NCBI GenBank assembly: GCA_004764695.1
Contig: SMSO01000005.1
Location: 1,054,001 to 1,118,000 of the forward strand
DNA: 64,000 nt
Reading direction: 5' to 3'
Origin: Schizochytrium sp. TIO01
Taxonomy: Eukaryota > Protista > Bigyra: Labyrinthulomycetes
In this document: positions 10,181 to 22,800 of the stretch, one piece after another
Numbering within the stretch: the stretch's first letter is position 1
Layout: the number at the start of each line of letters is the position of its first letter
Notes under the pieces: model-generated
Told to the model about the DNA's origin: nothing
Database searches by the model: none
Seen by the model: the letters and a program-made list of their open reading frames with translations, nothing else
Program-made: the position numbers and the translations under genes

Positions 10181-12954
10181 TTATTCTCGCGTCATGATGC
10201 ATTTTGAGGGGTCTCTCAGAGCCTCAAAAACGGAAATTATGTGCGTCCTTTCAAAACATTAGCAACATGAAATGCAGTAGCAGCTACACATTGACTATGG
10301 TAGCATACTGTGATTGATGCAGTGTGCTGTGTTTGCTCTTGAGAGTCTGACGTTGACCCTCAAACTTTGTTAGCAATTGGACAGACATTTCGGAGATGTG
10401 ATGGTCATTTTCGCAGCAGACATGAAAATAACAGGTATCGAAAAGATTCTCCTCACTACTATATTATGTCATTGGAAGATCCACTCGTAGAGTTACTTAG
10501 GTACCTAGTACCTTACTAAGCTAGCTAGTATGGAGAGACGAGGTCAACTAGAACTAAGATAGTAATCTTTTATCTTATTTTAGAATTGAAGACTGGGGCA
10601 GAAATATTTTCGAAAGCGTACCCTGCGATGCAATTCGCGAATCCTTGCAGTCCCTGGCACTTCACAGTGCAGTCAACGATACCTTACTACCCATACAGGC
10701 CGAAACTTGTACGTTGCAGAGTAGCAACAGAGGGGAGTCCTTGTAGGTAGATAGGTCAGGCAACAATCGCTCGCGAAGATCCTGGAGACCTTCCGGCAAG
10801 GGCCTTTGCACCTTACGAAGACGAAAAGACTGAGCCGTACACGTTTCTGGTGCGAAGAGGCAGGAGATCTTTATACAAACTGCATAGCGGCTGTCTTATT
10901 TGAGAAGGTAGAGACGACTGAAATTGAGATAATCTGTGGCTGCGACGTGTAGTCTGTGGCAATTGTGGAGACTATCATTTTGGAATCTAAGTTTGCCCCT
11001 GTCAAACACACTACGCGAATTTTCGAGAGCGCCGTGCAAGGCCAGTCGATCCTGGATACACCCGACTGAGGGATTGAGAAGGTTCTTTCGCTTGCTCTGT
11101 GCACCCTGTGGTCATCGTTGATCTATCTTTGGGGAGCGCGGAACCTGCCGGCGAGTGCAGGCGGTCACAAGGAACCTGCTTTGCAGCTGACTGTGAAATT
11201 GACCTCAGCAAATCTCTAACTCATCGAAGTTGAACTGGCGTGGATTCTCCATAGTCTGCAAGTAAGTACCTGATATAGGCAACCACGCCTCACCTCGCGT
11301 CACCAAACAAATCACGCCATCCATCAATCAAAAGTCAACGAGATTTGACAAAGCGCCTTTCCTATTAAAATCCTGCAGTTCATTGGAGCCATAGCTCTGC
11401 TAGCCTCTTTCAGGATTCACCATCGCTCTAGTCTAGTCAGTTGTCTCTAAGGCTATCCTTCAAAGAGCGACGAGCTGTCAACTCGGTGCGGATCTAGGGC
11501 TCCGAAGTCACCACAACACTGGGACCCCAAGGCGTGCCATAGAAGTTCCGCAGAACCTCTCATTGTACCCAGCTCCAAGCTTGCCTTCTTTCTCTGTTGC
11601 CTCCATCGTTTTCTCTCCCCCGGCCAAGCCAACGCAGTACCTCGTGGTTTCAAGATTTCATCTGCCGTTCCAGCGAGCGCAATCGACTGGCTAGCGAAGC
11701 CAGCAGCACCTCCAGTTCACAGGCGAAAGGGGTTGTGAGCGTCTTCTGGTATAGACCATCTGTCCTCATCGATCTCTCTCAGAGCAACTCCCGGGTTGGC
11801 CACATAAACCTCATCTTTCTCACAAGTGTTAATTTTCATTTGTTCTAAATTTAAAACCGCCAAACAGGGAAGAAGTATAGGAAGCAGGAGTATCTCAGGA
11901 GTAGGGACCAGCCGGAACAGAACGCGGCAGAAAGAACGGAGGCCATTGGAACGGCACGAAAGGGAACGGAGCGTCGATCGATCATTGAAGATTTGTTCAT
12001 TCATTCATTCGTTGCCGGCAGGCGTTGAGAGCGTGCGAGGCGCCGCCCAAGCCGCATCCACGCCCGGTCTCACAGGCGAGTAGGCAGGCAGGCAGCCAGC
12101 CAGTGGCGGAGGGCGCCGAGCTTACAAGAGGCCGTGCCTTGCCGAGGAGCAACGCAGCAGGAAGCGGGCTCGAACGCGGCGCCACCTGCGCAGTGTATCA
12201 ACTAGCCGCTGAGCAGAGCAGCAGAAGTGGGACTTCCACCCAAAGGTTCCCTCGAGCATCCTGAGCAGGCAAGCAAGCAGGCAAGCAAGCAGCTCCAGCA
12301 GGCCCGCGACTGCTCAAGCTCGCTCTCGAGCGCTCGACCTCGACGTCACTCGCTCGAATTGGCTCTGCTCTGCGCTCAACTTTCTGTACGTACGTACGTA
12401 CATACGGATTGAAGTGCTCATAAATAATCTTCGCAACCGGCCGCTGGCTAGGCCTCGCTAGGCAGAACCGCTAGCGCTTGGAGCGCCGGGCGTTCCGTTC
12501 CGCGTTCCGGAGTGACTATTGTGGAGCGGGTAGGGAGGCGCTAGGGAGTGCTAGGCGGAAGAACCAGCTGCTTGCTGCCTTCTTCTTTGGTGGCGGCAGT
12601 AGAGGAGGGGTTCTGGGTTCTGGGGTGTGGCTTTGATTGGCTGGAGGTGCGTGGCAGGCGAGCTTCGTGCGGGAAACCTCACGGGGTGACGGTTTGGGCG
12701 TGGTGGTTGCGGCCGTGGAGGTGGTAACCAGGGAGGGAGCCAATAGGCGAGGAACCGAGGCACAGAAGAGAACGACAGGATAAGGAGGAAAAAAAAGAGA
12801 AGAAAATTGAAGAAAAAGAAAATACTTCGGCGGGTAGGGAGTGCCTAGGTAACTGCTATTTGGTAGGTACCTGTATTGAGATTGAGATTGAGAAAGGGTT
12901 TCGAAGAACGGCACTAGAGAACGCGAATTTGCGGAGAATTAGAACAGACAGAAA

Positions 12955-13042
12955 CAATCGATCAAACGATCAATCAAACAATCAATCAAACAATCAAACA
13001 ATCGAACGAACGGACGAACGGACGAACGGACGAACGAACGGA
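12955..13042. repeat. Compound microsatellite: (CAATCAAA)n followed by (GAAC/GGAC)n
   Basis: Directly visible. Confidence 0.85.
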
Positions 13043-13919
13043 CGCCACAAGAAAGAATCTCACCGTGCAAACCAAGCTAGAAATCAGACAAGAAGGACCT
13101 GGCCGCAGGCTGCAGGCTGCGCTCACAATTGTCGTAGCAGAGGTCTCTGAGAGCTGGAAGCATAGGAAGAAGTCCTGCTCAATTCGAAGTTTTCTATTTC
13201 TCGTAATCTTTTCTCTAACAAAAGCCAACTAAGTAAGAGAAGGTGAGCGAGACGCCATAGTAGCCAAGGGAATAGCAAGTCGCGGGTTGAGAAAGGAAGG
13301 CAAGGCAAGGAAAGGCGGAGAGCGCCACAAACCCGCGCGTGGAGGACAGCGAGAGCTGTACTGAGAGCGTCGGATACGGCGATAGATCAGGGAGGGCTGG
13401 GCATGGGCGTGCCCTGGTAGGCGATAGGAACCTCGCCACGTGTAGAGCAGCCGTCGGGGGTCCCGACAGCACGCTCGCCGTTTTTGCGTAGTAAATAGCT
13501 GGCTAGCTATATCCTAGAACTGCTTATCCGCGACCTTTGACTTAACCCGCCGCACCTCGTCGACTCAAATCGTGAGCGAGGTGAGGAACCGCGGAAAAGC
13601 GCACCAGAAGCTCATCTTCGAATTGTATTTACTGCGGTCATTAGAGTCCCGCGCCTGGCTCATCTGCTGTACGGCTTGGCACGCGTGCCTAACCTTCCGT
13701 CGAATCTCAATTTTCAAAAATCTGCCTCGGTAACGCTCTGCATCAACCCATCAGAACCCTGCGAGGTTCCTGGAGCCCTCGGCATCCTCGTGAGGCGGCC
13801 CCGTAGGCAAAACCAAGCGGCCCGCGGCGGCCCGCAGAGGGTCTTTGGCGCGGGCCCCGGTTCGGCATCGGCAGAGCCGTTGCGGTATCTATCTTCAAAG
13901 ACCATCCCTTGCCTTGGCG

Positions 13920-16900
13920 ATGGAGCCCGAACTAAAGCAGCTGTTGCTCAAGGATGGCCTCGTGCTTGGCCCACAAATTGGGCAGGGTAGCTTCGGAACA
14001 GTGTTTAGGTGCACAGATGTGAAGACTCAAATCGCATATGCGGTGAAAAAGGTGGACCTGAGGGTCCTCCGCATGCAACCGCATTTCATGATGGAACGGC
14101 TAAAGCGTGAGTGCTCAGTGCTGCAGAATCTCAATCACCCTTCAGTGATCAGGCTTTACAAAGTAATTGAAGCACAGGATGCACTTCTCATGGTAATGGA
14201 AATGGTTCTTGGTATGGAGCTCTTTGAGATGATCCTCGCTGTCTCAGGTCTGGATGAGGGAGAGGCATGCGCTGTCTTCATTCAGCTAGCATCAGCGCTC
14301 GCGTACATGCATAACCTGGGTATCGTTCACAGAGATATCAAACCAGAAAATATTTTAGTTCAAGGATCTACGAGCACAGAGGCAGAGACTGACCGCGCAG
14401 GGATTGTCTTCCAAGACGCGTTCAAACACCTCAGACCGCGCGTTAAACTTATCGACTTTGGACTTAGCAAGGTACTTGGCTCAGACAGAGGGGGGTCCAT
14501 GGCAAAGAGTCTTGTAGGCACACCGAGGTATGTGGCGCCGGAGATCATTGAGGTAGGAGAACGCATGCGCAATCAGACACGAACATTGGGAGAGGCGCCG
14601 CCACCGCACTTGGACAGATCGTTCTATAGCGAAAAGGTAGACTGCTACTCGACAGGAGTCCTGCTGCACGTGACTCTCTCTGCATGCTTTCCTCAGTTTG
14701 AGGCGGGCCAGCGTGTTATTTTCTCGGACCAGCGTATTGCAAGAGTCTCTAACTCGGCCAAAGACCTGATTGCTCATCTCATGGATCCAAACCCCAATAC
14801 GCGATACTCTATTGTGCAGGCTCTCAGACATCCATGGGTGGTCAAGCACCACCCAAGGGCTGCTCAGGCTGCCCTTACCATTGCAAATGTGCAATGTCCT
14901 CCGAGTCCAGAGGCTTCGCCGATGAACTCACCTTCACAGTCACCTACAGCTGGTCCTTTTCCGCATGGACCAATGCGTATCAGCGTGGTGGACCATATGA
15001 ACGGAGCACTCTCACCCGAGAACAGCTCACAGGACGTGACGATGGACTCCGCTCCGTCGGTCACTACACCTCCCCCTCGTGGCGATGCTGGGAGTAGGGG
15101 CAGCACCAAGAGTGCACCAACACCTAACTACAATTATTCCACACCGACCAATACTGGCGCGAACAAAAAGGGGGGATCAAATGGCCATAGCGCTGATGTG
15201 GATCGCTTCATGGACAAGGTCTCTGCTGCAGCTGCAGAGTTTGATCGTATGACCAGCTCAACATCTATGGAGTCCCTGCAGTTGGATCAGTCTACTGAAG
15301 ATGTTTCGCAGAAGACTAGCAATGCTTACCATGGTGACCGTATCACTGGCATGAAGCGGCAAATTTCAAGGCCAGCACCTCGTAACGCAAGCCAGACTGG
15401 AAGTGAACTTTTGGAGGGTACCATGTATGGAAGAGTGGGGGGAAATCTACGGACTCGGAATGAATCCGATGCCTCAACACGGTCAAACTCCAAATCCTCC
15501 ATCGAAATCCTTAACCTTCCTGGTGGGGCTGCCAAGGGCGTATGGGGTCCTCTGAAGGAGGCTAGCTCCCGCGCAGGTAGCATTAGCTCAGAAGCTGATT
15601 CAAGCAGTACTAGTGGTAACGACTCCCCCCCCGCTGACTCTCCTTTGGGTAGTGATGCTGGTTTTTCGTATGGCCAATCCAGCACATCATCGCATCGCTC
15701 ACCACGTGCGCATTCTGGTACAGGCACGCAGCAACATCAGCATCACCATGTTGGAGCTGCTGCACATTCTCATGCACAAGAACAGCCTAAGCAACAGCAA
15801 CAACATCAACAACAACAACAATCGCATACTCAACAGCAAGAACCTCAATATACTGGTGGAAGCCTAGTGCCGCGCCCTCCCGTGGATGTTGTGAATGTGG
15901 AAATACCTACGGGGGAGAACAACGCTATCATCAACCCAGATCTGTTGCTGCAGTTGCAGACTCAAATCGCCCAGTGCTTCCGGCAGTCTTTTGATGCATT
16001 TAAAGATGATGATGTGGTATCGCCTGGAATTGTTTCCAGTGCAGTGGCTAGCCGAGAGCTCCTTGGCGCCTCACAAACAATTTTAAAGAAGCTTGAGCAG
16101 ACCTCAATTTCTGTCACAGATCTACTGCCGGACATGCAAATTGCCGTTGAAGAAGGTGAATTTGGCATGGCGGTGCAATGTTTTGATACAATTAAGGAAT
16201 GGATTCGCGGAATTCAAAATGAATCCCAAGATCTCCTCAAGGCGAACGTCAAGGTTATTGCCGCAGTCAACAATACCCTACAGCTGGCGCGCCGCCGACA
16301 TCGCGTGCTTGCTGCCGCCGCAGCTGGTTACCGCGTGTCAGATGCAGTGGCTCTGGAAAAGAGCAACATGCGAGCGAGTATTCATCCATCGACCCCACTT
16401 CGCTCATCCGGAACTGGGGCTAGTGCTGGCGCAGTGGAGGCAGCCGAGCAGGGTCAAATGGAATCAACCAAGGCTCTCGAGCGTCAGGAGCAGGCCAAGA
16501 TGGATCTTGAGACCTCGGACTACAAGGAGTCATTAAGTGACCAGCGTAAACTTGCTCGTGAGCAACGGAAGAACGAGCGTGCTTTGGAAGAGCAAATTCA
16601 AGCATATAACGAGGAGATTGCCTCGGCCAACCGTCGCAATGCCGCTCGGCGCAAGGCAGAAGAGGAGGAGAGCCCAGATGCTTCTGCAATTGTTCCTGGC
16701 AATTTTGGTGTAGTAAGCATCGAAAGTAATATTGAGAACGACGTCGACATGGATGCCGACGAACTCGAGCCTATTAGTAAGGCCCTCGCCATGCTGAAAG
16801 AGATCGACCGCCTCTTGCAAAAGCATGCATCATTCTGGTCCCACATGGAAGTAGTGGTTGATGTTTTGCTACAACGTGCGAACCACGTGGAAACCATGGT

Positions 16901-17066
16901 AAACTATTCTCGCAACCCCCGACTTCGTGGTCGCTTTCTCGAAAGAGTCAACGACTACGGACAAATGTGGTCACAAATCATGCGCATGTGTCAACAGTTT
17001 CATAACAAGCTCCACACTGTAGAGGGGTCTAATATGTATGGCTTTTTGACCGATACGATTGGATGA
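13920..17066 (+). CDS. CAMK-group Ser/Thr protein kinase with a disordered linker and a large helical C-terminal domain
   Basis: First ATG at 13920. Complete kinase motifs: GQGSFG, AVKK, HRDIKPEN, DFGLSK, GTPRYVAPE, HPW. Followed by an S/P/Q-rich linker and a ~370-aa helical C-terminus. Confidence 0.92.
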   Translation: MEPELKQLLLKDGLVLGPQIGQGSFGTVFRCTDVKTQIAYAVKKVDLRVLRMQPHFMMERLKRECSVLQNLNHPSVIRLYKVIEAQDALLMVMEMVLGMELFEMILAVSGLDEGEACAVFIQLASALAYMHNLGIVHRDIKPENILVQGSTSTEAETDRAGIVFQDAFKHLRPRVKLIDFGLSKVLGSDRGGSMAKSLVGTPRYVAPEIIEVGERMRNQTRTLGEAPPPHLDRSFYSEKVDCYSTGVLLHVTLSACFPQFEAGQRVIFSDQRIARVSNSAKDLIAHLMDPNPNTRYSIVQALRHPWVVKHHPRAAQAALTIANVQCPPSPEASPMNSPSQSPTAGPFPHGPMRISVVDHMNGALSPENSSQDVTMDSAPSVTTPPPRGDAGSRGSTKSAPTPNYNYSTPTNTGANKKGGSNGHSADVDRFMDKVSAAAAEFDRMTSSTSMESLQLDQSTEDVSQKTSNAYHGDRITGMKRQISRPAPRNASQTGSELLEGTMYGRVGGNLRTRNESDASTRSNSKSSIEILNLPGGAAKGVWGPLKEASSRAGSISSEADSSSTSGNDSPPADSPLGSDAGFSYGQSSTSSHRSPRAHSGTGTQQHQHHHVGAAAHSHAQEQPKQQQQHQQQQQSHTQQQEPQYTGGSLVPRPPVDVVNVEIPTGENNAIINPDLLLQLQTQIAQCFRQSFDAFKDDDVVSPGIVSSAVASRELLGASQTILKKLEQTSISVTDLLPDMQIAVEEGEFGMAVQCFDTIKEWIRGIQNESQDLLKANVKVIAAVNNTLQLARRRHRVLAAAAAGYRVSDAVALEKSNMRASIHPSTPLRSSGTGASAGAVEAAEQGQMESTKALERQEQAKMDLETSDYKESLSDQRKLAREQRKNERALEEQIQAYNEEIASANRRNAARRKAEEEESPDASAIVPGNFGVVSIESNIENDVDMDADELEPISKALAMLKEIDRLLQKHASFWSHMEVVVDVLLQRANHVETMVNYSRNPRLRGRFLERVNDYGQMWSQIMRMCQQFHNKLHTVEGSNMYGFLTDTIG

Positions 17067-17182
17067 TCTGTGTCAACACCTAAAAATTTCTTCATTGAAA
17101 AATTCTGTGATGCTTATCCACCTTCCCTTAAACCTTTTATTTGACTAATCATCCTCATTATCACTCAAAATTTATAGTTTAT

Positions 17183-17183
<1 letters not shown>

Positions 17184-17211
<28 letters not shown>
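17184..17211. repeat. Poly(T) tract of ~28 nt between the convergent kinase and REV7 genes
   Basis: Directly visible. Confidence 0.9.
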
Positions 17212-17215
<4 letters not shown>

Positions 17216-17405
17216 GTAAAAATGTACACCTTGAATGCAACGTTTCCCTGGTTTTTGGCCTTCGTGGACTTCTACATTTTTTCTGATTTTTTACACATTT
17301 AAATATCCTATTTTACCTGATCGAATTTTCTACTTTTCACTAGTGATATTGGATGAGGTAACTCAAATATTCTCCTCTTCAAAAATGAGCACACTGCGTT
17401 ACAAG

Positions 17406-18790
17406 TTATTCTAGTGGGCTGTAATCGAACTCCTCTTCTTCGTGTCTAAAGCCATGCTCGTGCTCATCTTCATCATCTTCGGCTTCAAGTCGGTGGGTCT
17501 CCACGAGTTCTTGCCGAGGTTGTTGATGGGGAGAGTTTGTTGGTAAGTGCTTATTATCGTTTCTTTCGTACTCCAAATCAAGTTGTCTTGCACCTAAGCC
17601 ATGTCTTTGTTGTTGTTGTTCATCTTCATTGACGAGCCCCAATTCGCCCGTTATTACTTGAACACCCCTGTCATCTTGGTTTCCTATTTGGGATAAAGGG
17701 GCAGCTCCATCCAGATCTTCACCGACAGCAGTACGAGGGGGGTTATCTCGCTCCGAGGCATCTTTTGGCGGTGATGTTTGGCTAAGTCGCGAGAGGTCGC
17801 TCGAGTGAAGACTATATCTGGGCTCAAGTACCTCGTTTCGAAGCTGACTCTCTCCAGAAATACGCAACAACTCCTTATTTACCTTTTCCATATGACTCAG
17901 CTCTACTTCATTGTACTGCGACTGTCGTTTTGGCTTGATAAGAGAAGCTGGGCCTGATTCAACACCATCTCCACTACTAAGAGATGCCTGCGAGTTTCCA
18001 AACTCTGGACTACTATCTGGGCGCGTTGTAAAGGAGTGTACAAGTGCTTCCAGTTCGAGGCCTTGAGATACAGGCACAGAAAGGATAGGGTCGATCTCTT
18101 GCACAACCTCCCCGGGGCTGCGCAGAGCGTTTGAAGCTTCGCGAATCCAGGTGGCCGTGTATGACTGCGGTTCTATATCATGGCAGACAAGGAGAAGTGT
18201 AAATGAGAGTCGATTGGGCTGCCTTCGAAAATCCTTGCACATCAATTTCTCGAAGAAGCATCTGCACGAGTCTGCTGTAAGCACCTCTAGGTGTAAATTT
18301 CCGCTCGTCTTAAACCTGAATCTGAATCTTTCAACTGGAACAGCTTCCTGTGGCTCGTTTAGCACAATTTGCAACTCCTGCAACTTTCCCTTTAGTAGCC
18401 ATGCTTCCGCATCCCGAATATGCGTTTCGATATACCTGTGACCTCGAATAAAATCATAAGAGTGGTCGCATAGCGGTTGAGGTTCCACCATTCAAAGGTA
18501 TTAGATTTGCATCCATTGAGCATAAACGAAAGGCACATTTGCACAGAAAAGTTATTTTGGTGACATATCCTGTGATGTTAGAAATTCCAAACTTGCTTCC
18601 AAAAAACATTATCCCTATAAGAAACAACGTACTCGCACAGACCTTTGTGCATGCTTCTCCAAACAACTGTTCCCCATCGGATTGTGCGCTCGAAGGTTTC
18701 TCTCGGGTAGACCCTTCTACGCCAGAGCACCGTATGCACAGCCGTTGAAAGGAAGTCGCCGAGGTCCACGGATGTCTCAGCAGAAGACAT
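17406..18790 (-). CDS. REV7: REV7/MAD2L2 HORMA-domain protein (Pol zeta subunit); exons 18790-18633 and 18435-17406
   Basis: Exon 1 DFLSTAVHTVLWRRRVYPRETFER..VWRSMHKGLCE joins YIETHI..PVERFRF in frame across a GTACGT...CACAG intron (18632-18436, 197 nt). This gives the REV7 pattern FLxxAVHxILYxRxVYP..F..H.xL..YI..P.ERF.F. Confidence 0.88.
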
Positions 18791-19891
18791 GATTCTGTAC
18801 GAGCCGCACTCCTCTGCAAGCCTACAGGTCCTTCTTCCGCTGCAACAAAATTGATCCCTGTTTCTACGTTGCTATTGTCTACCTCCGGTCTAATAATTAG
18901 GTCATGCACGTGCATGAAGCATGATCACGACGATCTCAAACTGACGATCAACACATGTTCATAACCATCACCGTGATCACATTAATTTTTTTGTTTTGTA
19001 CAATTTCAAAAAAAGAATATATATTTTTTTTAATGAAAAATCAAATTCAAATTTCTAAATCATAATATAAATATAAATATGTGCCTACATCAAAATATAT
19101 ATAGCCTAAATAGTTATTACGAGTCCTATAGTAATAATATTATGATAGTGTAAAAGCTTTTTCCCTCCTAACCTTGTATAGTTTTTTAAAGGAGGATACT
19201 ACTTTACCTACTAACTAGTACTAGGGAGGAGAGTTTAGGAAAATCACCAATAAAAATATTTCATACTTAACTTGGATTTGTCTCTAGCTAGAGCTACCTT
19301 CGAAGTTGCTCTCGGATACGATGGCGTGATTAGTTTTCCCTTCTCATACGTGGAATTCGGACGATCTCATATAATCTTGATGAAAATAAACGTGAATATT
19401 TTCTTCTCGAATCCCACGATTGGCTATTTGCCCTCTTGCTCCAGAACCTATCCCTACGTACCTCTTAATCCTATCTTTATTTAATTTTTACCTTTCCATT
19501 GTACCATTCAAGTTATTGAAAGCTTCTTCTTTGTAAATTAAGAACTAAAAAGAGAGCATTTCCCATTCTCTCTTTTCTTGATTGTTCTTTCTGAGGAGTG
19601 CTATTGACCAGATATCCTTTTCCATAGTATGTGACAAATGGGATCAATTGAACATGGAGCAGGTGCCTCTTTTTTTATTTCTTTTTTCTTTTTCAATCGT
19701 TAGAATAATTGTTATAGTTTTTATTATTGGGATTAGTCAATAAAATAGAAGGGAAGAAAGATCAATTTCTAAACCACGAGGTGATTGACCTCTTTGCGGC
19801 GCCCAAGGTCGCGCTCCAGACGGAGACGCGGCGGCGCGGCGGGAGTCAAGGCGAAAGGCAGGCAGGCTTTGCCAGGCCGGCCGAACCCGCG

Positions 19892-22800
19892 ATGGCACCT
19901 GCCACGAGCGGGCCAGAGTTCGCAGACGCTGGGCCTAACACCGAGTCGGCGACAACTTCAACATCCACAATAACGACATCGACGACGGCAATAAGGACGG
20001 GGAAAAGTGCTTCAGAAAGTAAGGTCAAAGATAAAGACGAATATGATACGAGAGGCAAAAATGACGAACACATCAAAATAACCAAACGAAATAGCGATGG
20101 CGGAGCCACTGAAGAGGATTCGACAAAAATCACTGCCGAGGAGAGCGCCGGCAAGAGAGCCAAGGACAAAGTCAACGCGAAAGACTCTGAATCGAGAAGT
20201 GGCGCCGATGACGATGCCAAGCCCGATTCTGAAGACATCGTGAAAATTAAGGCCGAAAATAACCATGGGGATGGTGGGCCCAAAGACAATGTCAATGGTG
20301 AAGAAGATAATGACACCATGGATAAAGGTAGCCGCGAAGAGGCCGAAAAGGTTGACGTGGAGAAGTTGCAGCAGCTGGATCTAGAAAAACTAGACGTAAC
20401 AGAACTTGTTCGTTACAAAGATATGGCACAAAGAAGAATACATGAACTGGCGCCAGTTTCGACACAGAGGATTGGCAAGACTCAAGATGATGTGCGCATG
20501 AATACAGCACACTGGGCATACTTGCTGCAGGAGATGGCGTGGATGGCAGAAGACTTCAAAAAAGAGCGTGGGTGGAAGCAAAAGCAGCAGAAGATTATTG
20601 TAAAGTCGGCCTTGAGGCAACGCGAAAAGATGTTCAATAAAGACCTACAAAACTCAATTGTTATGCGCAAAACGGCCAAGAAGATCTGTGCCAAAGTCGC
20701 GAGAGAGGTACGGACATTCTGGGAGAAGGTTGACCGCATCGTGGTCTATAAGTACAAGACCGAGTTTTATGCGCGACAACAGGCAGCCATGGACAAACAT
20801 CTTAATTTCCTCGTGGACCAGACAGAACGCTATTCGAACCTTCTCGCTACAAAACTCCGCCACGAAGCCCAGGAAGACGAACGCCGCTACATAGCCAAAA
20901 GTCCCGCAAGCTCCCGCACAGGTTTCGCTAGCGAACGGAGTGATGAGGGTGAGGAGGAATCGGGTGACGACCAGGACCATGAGGAGGATGAAGATGAAGA
21001 TGAAGATTATGGCGATCGCAGCGTGCCGAGCTCGCAAGCGTCTAGTGCAGGGGATGCACTCGTGGACGACCAAAGCTCGGCACCCTCACAAACCTATTCT
21101 TCAGGACGTGGTAGGTCACAACGGCGTCGTCGACGTACCACTGCAGGGTTTCTTGAGAATCGAAGTGACGACGGCCATGATCAGAGAGAAAACATTAAAG
21201 ATGATGAATACGAAATCAAAGCACGGGATAGTGATGCTGAGTCTCGAGAGTCATTTACGTCCATGTTGTACAAAAATTCATACAAGCGCCCTCGGCCTCG
21301 TGGGCGTGGGACCCATCACTCTGCTGCTAACATTCGAGACAGTGACGAGGATGAGGAGGAGGATTGGGAGGAGAGTGATGCAGAAAACGCACAAGATGAC
21401 GAAACAACCATTGAAAAGACCGGAGAAGGAACGGCTGAGGATAATGCTTTAGAATTGGAAGCGCTTCGAAGAGAAAGTGAAATGTCTCGCGAGGAACTTT
21501 TGCGTCTATATGGGTATCCTCAAGAGATTGCTGCGACTTCTTCCACGGCTGTGATGCTTGATTCCAGAGTTCGTAAACATGGAAAGGACAAACAATCTGA
21601 TGCTTCTGGCGACGAAGATAACAGTGATGAAAACGAGGATCTAGATTGGGAGGGAGACGAGGAGGAGGATAATGAAGAGACACTCGATGCTGAAGGAGAG
21701 CCTTCTCGGCAGGTGCTAGATTCTGAGCTTGACCAACTGAAAGCAGAAGGCGAAATGTCTTTGGAGGAACTTCGCGCAATGTATGGAATTCAAGCTCAGG
21801 CAGTTGAGGAGGATGAAAATCCGATCTCCAGACAACACCAAAGTACGTCCAGCGCGGAGATGAGTGGTAAATTGCCTAAGCACAAACCGAACAGCGACGA
21901 CGAAAGCGATAGTGACATTGACTTTGTTGCACGCGAAGAAGAAGATAATGAAGAAACCCTTGATCAAGAAGGCGAGCAAACTGCCACAGAAAACAAACAG
22001 GAGCTGGATGATCTTAGAGAGGAAGCGGAGATGTCAGTGGAAGAACTGCGTCGCAAGTATGGTCTTGCAGACGAAACCCAATCCAATCATAATTCTGATA
22101 GCGACCAAGACTTCGTAGCTGAGGACGAAGAAGATAACGAGGAGACTCTTGAACAAGAAGGTGAGCAAACTGCGACAGAAAACAAACAAGAGCTCGACGA
22201 TCTTAGAGAGGAAGCGGAGATGTCAGTGGAAGAACTGCGTCGCAAGTATGGTCTTGCAGACGAAACCCAATCCAATCATAATTCTGATAGCGACCAAGAC
22301 TTCGTAGCTGAGGACGAAGAAGATAACGAGGAGACTCTTGAACAAGAAGGTGAGCAAACAGCTATGGAAAATCAGAAGGAGCTCGATGATCTGAAAGAAG
22401 AAGCGGACATGTCTGTGGAAGAACTACGCCGCAAGTATGGCCTTGTCGATGCTGCGCCATCTTCTTCCATTAATGCCAAAAGCAACAAAGACGATGAAAT
22501 GGATAGTGACCAAGACTATGTTGCTCTGGAAGAAGAAGACAATGAGGAGACTCTTGAAGCAGAGGGCGAGCAAACCGCTACGGAGAACAAACAAGAGCTC
22601 GACGACCTTCAAGAGGAAGCAGAGATGTCTGTGGAAGAACTGCGCCGCAAATATGGTCTTGCAGACGAAACCCAATCCAATCATAATTCTGATAGCGACC
22701 AAGACTTTGAAGCTGAGGATGAAGAAGATAATGAAGAGACTCTTGAGGAGGAAGGTGAGCAAACTGCTACAGAAAATAAGCAGGAGCTCGATGATCTCAA

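Noticed and set aside
10870-11850. Coding-like minus-strand fragments (e.g. ELEVLLASLASRLRSLERQMK)
   Set aside because: Frames break repeatedly and no homology is recognisable.
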